Of a stretch of 64,000 nt of DNA, positions 1 to 10,801 are shown piece by piece. Position 1 is the first letter of the stretch, and each line of letters begins with the position of its first letter. Source of the DNA: Klebsormidium nitens. Taxonomy: Eukaryota; Plantae; Klebsormidiophyceae. A program made the position numbers and the translations under genes. The stretch covers positions 1-64,000 of the forward strand of contig DF237137.1 in NCBI GenBank assembly GCA_000708835.1. Direction: 5' to 3'. The notes below the pieces were generated by a model. That model saw nothing but the letters and a program-made list of their open reading frames with translations. It searched no databases and was not told the DNA's origin.

Positions 1-816
1 CAACATCTTGAACACCAGGCTGCTGCAGTAAGGGAGTCCCCCACTTTGTTTGTCTGCTGCTTTGCTTAGTCTTCTTGTTCCTGCGTTCAAAGAGCTGCGC
101 TCAGATGGAATCAGAAATCAGACCCAGACGTCAACATGCCCCGCTGCAATCCGTGCGACCTTGATTGATCCGCTTTCCTTTCTCGAGTCACTCACTAAAC
201 GCGGAGGGCTTAAGCAAACGAGAAGGTAACCAACCACCGTCACGGGCTAGGCAAGCGACGGACGATTGGCTTTTTGCAATGCGCCCCAAAAGCGAAGGAG
301 CGCTTTGAGTGGCGGAGTCGCCCAGCCACATCGGTCGGCCGCTCATGAGGATTTTATCCATGTACTCGTCGAGCTTCTTACTTGCGTTCCCTTCCTCGTT
401 TGTCGTCCCGGCAACTTGCTTAATCTGTTGACATTCTACCCTCACAATAGTAGCGACACTGCCACGGGTAAGAGAATGACGTCCGAGGCTCGCACCATAA
501 CCCGGTAGTCAAGAGCCAATCTCAGTGCATCATGGCCTTTTCCCGCCCTTATATATTCTTCTCGTCTTCCAGGACAGACGACAAAGCCATAAGTTGTCCC
601 TTCTACATTCCTACTTCCACGCACTTCCTTGTTGTTTGCCCCTATTTCTTTCGTGATCTTGCCCCTCGTTGCCTAAGATTTTTCCAATGAGAAGACAACG
701 CCAAAGCTTAGTGTCGGTACGACATGCTGGCGGCTCACAAATCATTGCACCACACATAGCCTATTCTCCAGCATTCATAACTCGTATCTGCCCTGGTAAG
801 CTATACTTTTTTTCAG

Positions 817-1685
817 GACGAGCGACAACGCCAAGGTGTATTATCCAAACAACGTGCTGGCGGGAAAGCCCGTCCTCAACTTCTACCGGTCGCCCGACCA
901 GTCTGACAGCTGGGAGTTCACTATCTTGGCCAAGACCCCGGTGGAAAAGCTCGGGGTATTCAAGGAGCGGATGCTCGCGTACATTGAGGGCTTGCCGCAG
1001 GCGTTCTATCCGAAAGTGTCTTTGACTGTAAAGGAGATCGAGGACAGCAGCAAGATGAAGATGAGCCTGGGGTGGCAGCACCGGATGAACTTCCAGGTAT
1101 GGACCGGAAACCTGAAAGCCAAAAAGTGGTGGACAAAAATCGGAGATTCATTTCGGACGTGCATGGCATGACTGGTGCTGCTTTTGTTGGGAGGTGCTGG
1201 CTTGATGGGTCCCTTTTGCTACTTGCTGCGATGCTTGGGTGGGGCCCGTACCAATGTTCCGGTCTCTGTTGCATCTACGTGGATAACAGAGCGACGCTGG
1301 GAGTCTGCGATCAACGGCGCCGCACGACCAGCAAACGCTTGTTGAATATAAGAAAGGGAACGCACTTCAGTGTACGTGAACGTTCTTCGAGCGCGAAAGA
1401 TCGTGTGACGTGGCCTCCAGAGAATCAGCAGAACGTTTCATTGCACGCAACCCGCTAAGAAGCCCTTAATCATTCTCTTCGAGAGCTCGTTGCTAACCAA
1501 TCGCGTAGCGTTCTCTAATCCAGGAGATGGGCGAACGGCTTCAACGCCGGAGCAAGCTGATCCTGCACGCCCAACAGGAGATGATGGAGCTCGGGATCGG
1601 GCTGGACTTGGGACCCACGGGCATCAAGCTTCACCCGGAAAGCCTCATCCAGCTGTCGAACCCTCAAGTGTTGCTCGGCAGATAG
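817..1685 (+). CDS. MSL: MscS-like mechanosensitive ion channel (MSL family), last two exons; gene starts before the window
   Basis: Exons 817-1096 and 1524-1685 joined by a GT-AG intron give (R)TSDNAKVYYPNNVLAGKPVLNFYRSPD...WQHRMNFQ|EMGERLQRRSKLILH...*, matching the plant MSL C-terminal motifs YYPN-VL-KP--NFYRSPD and NFQ-MGER. Confidence 0.88.
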
Positions 1686-3239
1686 GATTGTGAGGAACGT
1701 AAGCACTGCGTTCACAGGGACAGGTTAATGTTCTTGTAAGGTTAAGGATAACGGGTGCGCTTTTCCAAGTGTTTGTGAGAGTATAACCGGTGGTTGTGTG
1801 CTAGCAATCAGGCTAGTGCTAGTTATGGGTTAGCATCCCAAGATCGCCAGAATGAACGAGATCACGTCGGGCCTGCGCATTTGGTGTTTGAGGAGCCCAT
1901 CGGAAGAGCTAGAGCAGGTCTATTCTAAGGGATGTTGCAGCGGGGTTTATCCCCTGCTTTAAAGGTTACACGCGCGGGACGCACCCAAAAGGTAGCAATG
2001 CCCGCGCATACACTGTGACCAGATCTGGTGACCAGACTGATGACTCATGGGGAGTCGGACTTTACAAATTAACCAGATAAACTCGTGCACGAGTTTATCT
2101 GGTTAAATTCACTGGTTTTAGCTTGAACGATCGAGTCAATCATGGCAACTGAAGAGGTGAACTTATCTACCTCGTCGATTGTGCGACATATGGCTACTGT
2201 GGTATTATCATGACTTTCTTTTTGATTCAAGTTGTTGAAATATCGCGTGGAACCTGCCTGCTGAGGTCGAATCATGACGGTAGACTAAAAGATGTTCATG
2301 CAACAGATTATATACTCAGCTAGTGCTGTTTGCACGCAGCAACCATATGCAAACGCTTGAGCACTTCCTATTTATATGTCCGGGGCCGGTGCATGTGTGA
2401 TCCTCCAGGGAGCATGTGACACATGGTTTCAACGCCCCCAGGAAAATGTTTAAAGTGTTGGCTGGCTATATCATGCATGGTCACTATATATGCGTACTTC
2501 ATACTGAGCTAGAAGCTGCCATCTTGGTGGCAACTGTGCGCAACGTCGGAAAATGAATTGGCCGCGGGAATCCTGACTTTATGCATACATGCAAGTTCGA
2601 TCTACACCGGCACTGTGTTATGAGCATCGGTCAAACGAAAACGTTCTTCACTCTTCTGCGCTTGCGGTACCAATTCTTCACTTTACCCGCCCGGTATACA
2701 CTGAGGCCTTTGCCCAGGCTTGCCCGTGCTCTGACACAAGACTACTAGTTGCATCGAGTTACATTCGAGCTGTTGACACAGTGAAAAGCACTGGATGATG
2801 CTGTTTCTCGGCCGGTACTCAAGTACCGTCGCCAGGTTGATGCGTCATACTTCTCTACCCCGCCGACCGAAACGCTCTTTGCGCAGCAGACTGTGGAGCC
2901 GCCTCGTCCAGCCGATACGACGAGATCGCCTCACTTTCCTGCAAAAAGGGATCACTTTATGTACGAAGGGAGAACATGACTTCGCGAACGGGAACTTCCG
3001 AAGCGGATGTCGGGGTTCACCTCTTTTTACACACGACTCCCATCTGGTTTAGCTCGCTCTTTCATGGTCCAAACGTCTTCCTTCCAAATCATCAAGTGCG
3101 GGATTATTGTTGTATGTTTCTCGGTTTCATGTGTGCTTCTAACTTGACAGCTCTCGATGCGGACATGTTTGGAACAAAATGGCTGGGTCACAGACGCGTC
3201 CTCAAAAACGTCAAGCCGAGCAAAACGTCTGCTGGACAA

Positions 3240-4079
3240 TCACGGAGCCATTATATGCACAACGGAAGCAACCGCTGAATCGCAGCCCTTTCTGCAAATC
3301 ACCGGATTCAAACATTCGCAGGAAGCAATTTGATCCTGCTCGGATCTTCTTACCCGACCGAGATTCCGCACGAAGTTTCCCGGCGTCTCCCGCGGGTCAA
3401 AGTCCCCCGACTGCTCGAAAGCCGCCTCTTGCTGCAGAGTGTCCAGCCACGCCAAAGTCCACGAACTGAACCGGTTATCTCCCCCGGTCTCGTTCTCCAA
3501 AACCCCAAACCCTGCGTCCCGCTCATAATCGATGTAATCCGGATACTCGTACTCGTTTCCGTTGTTGCTCGTCAGTTCCGTTCCCATGCTCGGCATTCTG
3601 CTCGTCCGCGAGCGCGAGCGGAAGCGGTGCATCCGGTACTGGTACGCCAGCTCCCTCTCCTCCTGCGGGGTTTGGGGGACGCCCAGGGTTTTGAGCGCGC
3701 GACGCGGCCGCGGCCGCGGCGCCGCCGGCTGGGCATCCAGCTCCTCTGACGTCACGCCCTCGAGGGGCAGCTCCGAGGCCTCTGACCGCGCGCTGACGTC
3801 TGGCCCCGCGTGATACGAGCTGCGCTTGGGCATAGGCGATACGTAGATGGTGCGCGCGCGGAACTCTGACCTCAGCTGACGTAAGACGCTCTCCGGGACC
3901 CCTGCTATCTGCAGCTCTGCGTCGAGGTCCCACTCGTGGTCATGGTCTCTGACTGGAGGGGCGGAACCGGGGGATTTAGAAGCGGGTTTTGAAACGGGTT
4001 TGGAAGCCGGTTTAGAAGGAGGTTTAGGAGCCGGTTTGGGGTCCTCGGTAGCTTTCCCCGGGGAAAAGCAGCAAGCCAT
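3240..4079 (-). CDS. Hypothetical 279-aa protein (Pro/Lys/Ser-rich N-terminus, MACCF start)
   Basis: Long GC-rich ATG-initiated ORF with coding-like composition; no recognisable domain. Confidence 0.55.
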   Translation of the reverse strand: MACCFSPGKATEDPKPAPKPPSKPASKPVSKPASKSPGSAPPVRDHDHEWDLDAELQIAGVPESVLRQLRSEFRARTIYVSPMPKRSSYHAGPDVSARSEASELPLEGVTSEELDAQPAAPRPRPRRALKTLGVPQTPQEERELAYQYRMHRFRSRSRTSRMPSMGTELTSNNGNEYEYPDYIDYERDAGFGVLENETGGDNRFSSWTLAWLDTLQQEAAFEQSGDFDPRETPGNFVRNLGRVRRSEQDQIASCECLNPVICRKGCDSAVASVVHIMAP

Positions 4080-6466
4080 GGCGGCGTACAGGGCTAGTGG
4101 CTGTTTGGAAGTGCTGGCAAAGCGCCGTTAGTAACTCCTTCTACCAGCAACACTGTCCCAAGAATGTGATCTTCTACCAGGCACTTACAATCTATCATTG
4201 GTTAGGTGCTTTCATTATCAAGCGTCTTAACGGGTGAGAGTCACTAATGCAAAGTCCCTGTGACCAAGATCAGGAAGTTGTAAGGAGCTGCTTCTGCGCC
4301 TGGCGGAGCGAACTCGCTTTAAAGTCCTAAGCGCCCCTTACAAAGTGACCCTTCGCAAAGTAAGACTACATCTACTAGATGAGTTGAAAGCATCGTAACC
4401 AGAGATGATGTGTGCAACCAATTGGAAGAACGTTCAGCTTTGCACCAGAATCACACGCTCGTCCCTTCAATGTACAGACAACCCTCCGAAAGTGCAACGG
4501 AGTCTGGCTGCTTTCAAAAGAGGAGAAAGCTTCGTCCCCGTAAACCCTTCGACCAGTCCTCATTTGAACAACTACTACCTCTCGAAGATACGTTCTTATG
4601 CAAGTTCAACATTGCAGACACTTCAGATCTTCATCAATCCCAAAAAAATGCACTGATTGCCAACACCCTTGCATCAGCCAATTCAACGGGGTAGAATCTT
4701 GCCAGGGCGACTGGAGGGATTTCGATGCGGTCGCAATCAATCGCAATCTGTCACGAGTTTAGACCACCCCGAGAAAGCCATGTCAAACGAGTGGACGTTA
4801 CAAATCTGGTACCAGGATTGGTGTGAGCAGCATGCGCTGGTTGCCCAAAAGAAGGCGACACCCTGCGGAAACGACTTCAAATAACATGGGCTTTCATTGA
4901 CACCTCAGATGGTAGCTAAGGCCGTGTTCAAACAAAGGAGAATCTGTACATCTTCCTCGGTCGCTGTCATACAAACCACAAAGCCATTCCAATCTGAGAT
5001 CTTAACCCGCGAGTGTCCTGAAAAAGTTGTTCCGAATCTACTCTGGTGTACTCTGCTGTGACCGCCTAAAACGTGGCCTTTGACCGACAGGCGTAACGGC
5101 CATCCCGCCCACTTCCCTTTGTATTACAGGTCCCAAACCGATTCACATCCGAAGGAGACGGGCGGCATCTTCAAAGAAGCACGGCTCGATCTGTACGCAA
5201 GCGATCTTTCCGCTTGCTGACGTGCCAGAGCAGCATGACGTCACCAACGCTGCTTTTACTTAGCTATGACACCCAGGGGAGCTGACAGCTACAAGTCGAG
5301 TCCGTCAGGCATTCGTAGTTGTAGTAAGTTTTGAGATGCTTTTGGACGTCTGTCAGCGAACGGCTTTCGCGTGATTCGGCTTCTCGGCACGATTTTCGAC
5401 TTTACGGAGTCGCGCATGCAACGCTGCCGACTGCGTCTGACTGCTGCCGACCCTCGAATGCTCCGTACGCGCGCTTCGGTCCGTCCGATCGGCGATCGTG
5501 CGGTCGAGCGTCACTGTCGCGGTGGAATCCAACAAGGTCACATCGCGTCACGTCAAGCGCCGCGAATCGCTCTGCGACTTTGAGCGGAACAAACTGCTGC
5601 TTCCGTGAACGGCGAGTCTCCGGAATCGCAGAAGCTCTCGTTTCGTGGCGCCCCTTTTGGCGGATCCCCGGAAGCAGAGGCACCTCGATGAGTCCGCAGA
5701 CGTCTCCTGAGCGCAGCAGTGCGAGAGGAAATGATGAGGATACGGCAGCCGATGAAAGTGACGTTTGGCGCGAGGAGAGGAACGAGGCGACGGGAAACGG
5801 CGCAATAAACAGGATGAGGGTCCTTGATGCATCTCAAGGGAAGGCCCGTAAACCACAGCTCCTGTGTCCATGTGATTTTCGAGCGCCTCAGTGGTTCAAA
5901 GCCGAGATGGAGAGGTGCGCAAAGCCCACAGATCCTGCAACGAAGGCATCGACACGAGGGTCCAGATGCTAGAGGGTCTGATCAAGGGGCCTTTCTACAA
6001 TGCAAACGGAACGGCCGAGTCTCTCGTCGATGGAACAGGAGAAATCTGCACACTTCGGAATTGTGTGTTTGTCCTGGGGCAGTGTGCGAAAGGTCACTAT
6101 AGAAGAACAGGACGTCAATACTGAGAGATGCTGACAGTCAAAACCTGATCCCGTGAGGTGGCAGAGATTGGGGTACTCTTGATCAGCAAAAAGCGTCTTA
6201 GTGCGAGAGGTCCTTGCTAGTCAACAGATGCTGCGTGCTCCGTTCAGCTGCTTGAGCAAGTCTTTCCGAAGCAGGCAGAAAGCCAGCAACTTATTCTTTT
6301 AGGACTCACTCGTAAAAGGCGGCGGAGCACTTCGAATATCACCACTTTCCAACGCATAATCATTCCCGTTTCAGAAGCTTCCAAGGGGGGTTACCTTGTC
6401 TTGCCCTTTTCCTGAACGCTCCACAAAGTCTTACAACAAAAGCGGAGAAAGCAGTCCACGCTAAGA

Positions 6467-8092
6467 ATGGTGTCCTGCTGCGGTGCCTGCGCGCAGCTGC
6501 ACGGCGCCCGGCAAAACGCCTTCCGGAATTTCCGGGCCGTGCTCGCGGAGCGCGAGCGCAAATCCCGCTTGGAGGCCGAGCTGCGGCGCTTCGAGGCCGC
6601 GCTGCTGTGGAGCGCGCTCGCGCGGCCGCAGCGCGCAAACGTCAGCGAGAATGATGACCTCAGCGGCGCCAAGGAGGTTGCATCCGACGTCAATGATCTG
6701 CTGACGTGGCAGCCCCGGTGGAGAATCGTGGGCAAGGACGCCTATGCGGTCTACGACAACCCCTGGGCTGACGTCAGCAGCGGCGGGGAGGGGGGGTCGG
6801 AATTGGAGTTCGAGACGCCCCCCTTCGGCAGCTTCCTGATTTTCCTGGGGGCGGAAAAGGAGCGCGCCCGGCGCGAGCGGATGGAGATGTTCCTGGAGCA
6901 GGGGATGACGTCAGCGGAGAGTGGCAACGTGGGGGTGTCTCCAAGCCCAGAAACCAGCCCCCCGGAACGAGAGGCTTTTCCTGGGGGGGTGCAGAAAGAC
7001 GGCTGGAGCTGCCTGTTCAGCCCACCCAGCGCGAAGAGCTCTAGTTTGCAGAACTGGATGACGGAGAGTTTCACTCCGCCAGGGGGGACTCGGCAGCCGG
7101 GGGTCGAGGGGGGGTATAGCGAGAGCTCCAAAATGGGGGGCACCGGATGGAGGGAAAGTTGGGGGGGCGAGGAGGAGGCGTGGGACCCGTGGCGGTCGCT
7201 TTTTAGCCCGACACGTGGTGGCGGGGCGGGAGGACACGTGGCGAAAGGACCCCCCCGGAAGGGTAGAAAGGTGGATATCAAGAAGAATGAGCCGAAGGCC
7301 CGCACTGCAGAGTTTCATCGGGGATGGCTGGGGGATGCCCCGGGACGCACGCTTGCGGTGAGAGGCAGACTTCTAGGGACACTTTGCCGCTGATCAAATC
7401 TGTAGGAAGGTGGTATAGTTCTATGAAGGTCGAAGACGAGTTGACGCCAAACTGTTCCCCCGCAATGGTAGGAGTCACGTTGGTTATCGGCGACTGCGTC
7501 CTTCGAAGTTCGTTCGTGGTTTTCTCAACCAACAGTTTTGATGCTCCATTGCCAGATTGAAGCGTGACATGTCGAGAACCTCGCGCGCATCAACCAACAC
7601 TATTTTACCAAGGAACGCCAACCGTGTCGCTCGAAAACAGGTTCCTTCTTTCATCGGGCGAGTCGGAAAAAATGCAACCGGACTCTGCCTTGCCGTTGCT
7701 TATTACGCGTAGAAACGAACGGCTTTCTTTCTCGCCGCATTCCTTCTGGTGGATCTCCTCCAAAAACACACGCTCCCTTTCTCACCAGTTTGAACTTCTG
7801 CATCTGAAGGACTCTCGTATAGCAGGAACCATATTCGGGAATCTGATTCTCCTCGTATTGTCTTTTAGTATGGGCTTGCTTCTCGCTACGGGAGCTGAAC
7901 ATGGTGGCGGGGATCTTGCAGCGCATTCCGCACGCGGATGGGCGGAGCGGACGGAACGGACGGTCAAACGGACCGCCGGACGAAGGTCGTCTGCACGTCC
8001 CGACCGCTCCTTCGCTTATGCAGCCGCCCAAGAAACTGCCCGACTGGCTAGCCGAGAAGCTGGGGCGACCCAAGAAGCCGCACTGGAGGTAG
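6467..8092 (+). CDS. Hypothetical protein, about 353 aa, 2 exons
   Basis: ORF from ATG 6467. Phase-0 donor GTGAGA after 7357 joins acceptor TTGCAG to exon 7922-8092 in frame (RIPHADG...KPHWR*). No domain recognised. Confidence 0.55.
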
Positions 8093-9436
8093 AAGTGTCG
8101 CCGTAAAAGGATCAACCGGGGGATTGAATTCCAGGAAACGAACGAGTCCGGGGGCTTTCAAGAGAGCAGATTGCGGCCATGATACTTACACGAAGTTGCC
8201 ATTATAATCGTAATCGAATAGTGGACAATAACAGCCCTTACAACTGATGATGGGCTCTGGTCCAGCCTCGAAAACTTGTGCGTCCCCTGAGGAATGGATA
8301 AGGAACCGCCTCCATAGGCAGTGCACTCTAGCGCAGGTGCCGCTTTAAATAACATGGTATGAGTAACGGGGAGCTAGTTATGAGTCTAGAGTAGTCGAAG
8401 AACAAAAGGGTCGGACAAGCATCTTCGGGATTCGGACAAGCAAGTCCAGCGGCTTCTCAGTCACAATCAGACGAACGCCCCAGTCGCTCGTCTGATCCAG
8501 ATACTCAGAGAGACACAAGCTGTACATACTTATCGAGATATGCAGGGTGATCATCATTATGACTCGGCTTTTTGACATGTATGTTCATACCTTTGAGCAG
8601 AGGGTATTGAGCCCAAAGGCTCACAGACTGATCGAACGGCCACCAGCCGAGCTCGCTTTCGTAGGTGTACAGAACCAAGGGCAATCAATCCTCAGAAGCG
8701 TACTATACGTTTTATCCATTGAAAGCACACGCAAAGTGCAGACCAACAGCCATCAAAAGCTTTAAATGGAAGAGCAGAAGGTAAGCTGAAAGTGAGTCAT
8801 ATTTTGTATTCTACAAAGATTCGTACTGCATCAATATCTAGACACTTCGGCGGCAGGAGTGCATGATCATACCTGCTGTCAGTCGATCCGTGCGCGCGGA
8901 CCGGACACCTCATGATAGGTGATGCATGAGAATCTGATACGAAGGTCGAAACGATCCACGGAGTTTAGGAGATTCAATCCATACTGGACGTTGAAGCCGT
9001 TGTAACCATCGCGCGCCGGGCAAGCGGTCTTTTGAAAGTTAGGTAGACAACGCAAAGGATGCAAGCCGACGTGAATTCCAATCTGGCCAGAATGTTGAAA
9101 ACTGTAGGAGAGAGAATCGACATTTTTTGGAAACAAAGGTTTTCCAAAACTGTACAGGAAGTAACTAGCCTAAGCATTCATACTTATTCTATTGTCCAAT
9201 TATGCTTCGGAAACCTCTTGTACGTTTCCGAATACTCTTTGTCCACACTTTGTTTAATCTTACAAAACAGGGAACTGTGACAGTCTGGATCAAGGGGCAA
9301 GCATCTCAAAACCTAGTCACTCCGGTCCTTGTTCTTACAAGGTAGTTACGAATATTTAGCTGACGCCTGTCCCGCTGCTAATTAGTCAATGCTTGCTTCC
9401 TAGGTACAGTCCGGTGTTGTGTCAAGAACCGGGAAA

Positions 9437-10324
9437 CTACACATAGAAACCTTTCTTGATCTCCTGAGCAATCAGCCTGAAAGCATCCCACTTCTTCTCC
9501 TTCCTCTCTGCCCCCAGAAAGAACCCCAAAGAGTCTGGGACGTTCACCCAACCATGGAAGACGTCTTCGTACACTTTCCCAATGAAGCCTTTCTCAGCTT
9601 TCATCTTCTCCATGAACTTGAGCAGATCCTGAATGTTGGGGTCAAAGCGTGCCGCAATGAAGAGCACCGAAGGCGGGAGCTCTGAGCGAACGGCGTATGC
9701 TGGGGACAGGAGCGGGTCGGTCAGGCTGTCTCGGCTTGTAGACAGCAGATACGCCTCGTGATACATGTTTCGCTTCATAGGGTCCTTGTTGGTAAAGTCA
9801 TGGACGGAGTTTTCAGACAGGTCCATGGGACTAGGAAAGACGGCTACTACAGAAGAGAGCTTGCTTGTTTGCAGCTGAGCCACACTTAGAGCAAATGTTC
9901 CCCCAACGCTGAAGCCTTCCAAAGCGATTCGAGGGGGTTGAAGTGTCTGCTCGACCCAATCCAAAGCTGCCAGGCAGTCCTGTAATGCTGCTGGATAGGG
10001 GTACTCTGGAGCCAGTCTATACTCTGGCGAACAGACTATGCAGTCAGCTCTCTCAGCAAGGAACGCACAAAACTCGCCATCGGACTCAGGAGTCCCAGCA
10101 TCGAACCCTCCTCCATGCAGGTTGATGTACACAGGGTATGGTCGCTTGCTTGTGGTTGTGTAGGAAGGAGGATAGTAGAGGCAGCAACGCAGGCGGCGTG
10201 GCACGTGGAAGGTCGTCACCAGAGAAGGCTGAGGAGTGGTGAAGCGCAGAAATAGAGACAGCAGCGAGGCTGCCAGGCGAAGAAGAGAGATCCTGAGATG
10301 CAACCAAAGACTGGCCGCCATCAT
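9437..10324 (-). CDS. Alpha/beta hydrolase fold-3 (HSL-like carboxylesterase/lipase), single exon
   Basis: HGGGF oxyanion motif, YRLAPEYPYPAA, nucleophile elbow GFSVGG, candidate acid in RFDP, catalytic His in FHGW; 295 aa uninterrupted. Confidence 0.9.
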   Translation of the reverse strand: MMAASLWLHLRISLLRLAASLLSLFLRFTTPQPSLVTTFHVPRRLRCCLYYPPSYTTTSKRPYPVYINLHGGGFDAGTPESDGEFCAFLAERADCIVCSPEYRLAPEYPYPAALQDCLAALDWVEQTLQPPRIALEGFSVGGTFALSVAQLQTSKLSSVVAVFPSPMDLSENSVHDFTNKDPMKRNMYHEAYLLSTSRDSLTDPLLSPAYAVRSELPPSVLFIAARFDPNIQDLLKFMEKMKAEKGFIGKVYEDVFHGWVNVPDSLGFFLGAERKEKKWDAFRLIAQEIKKGFYV

Positions 10325-10801
10325 GGGGGCGCCTCTTTCGGCCCGCTTCGTTGGGAAGAAAAGGCGGCTGCAAGCTCCCGCATATGCGTTGCTCTTTGGA
10401 GCCGTTCAAGTTTGATCAGCTGTACCTGGCTTCTAGCTCGTAATAGCTGCAGTACTCCCGGCCAATTGGGTTGTTGGGCGTAGCCGGCCAGGCTGGAAGG
10501 GTAACGCCACGCTACGCGGCCGCGGTTGTAAGTTAGCGCGGCGCGGCCGCGGCCTTCGGCAAACCAGCGAGCCCGCTCGTACGCTCGCGCGCGTAGTACA
10601 GCCTCAAGTCTCACTCTCTACGTGTAAATTGGCTGCTGCAATACTCATAATAATATGACATAGGTGGACAAAAGACCGCCTGCATTGGCAGCATTTGCTG
10701 CATTCTTCTGGTTCCACCTTTTAGTATTACAGTAGCACAGGAGTTGGCAATCAGCCTGCTGCGCCTTCCGAAGGAGCCTGTGCCAAACGAGGGGTCTCTG
10801 G

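Noticed and set aside
5331-6124. Overlapping ORFs as a separate gene
   Set aside because: Non-ATG or frame-shifting ORFs with no motif and no consistent splice model.
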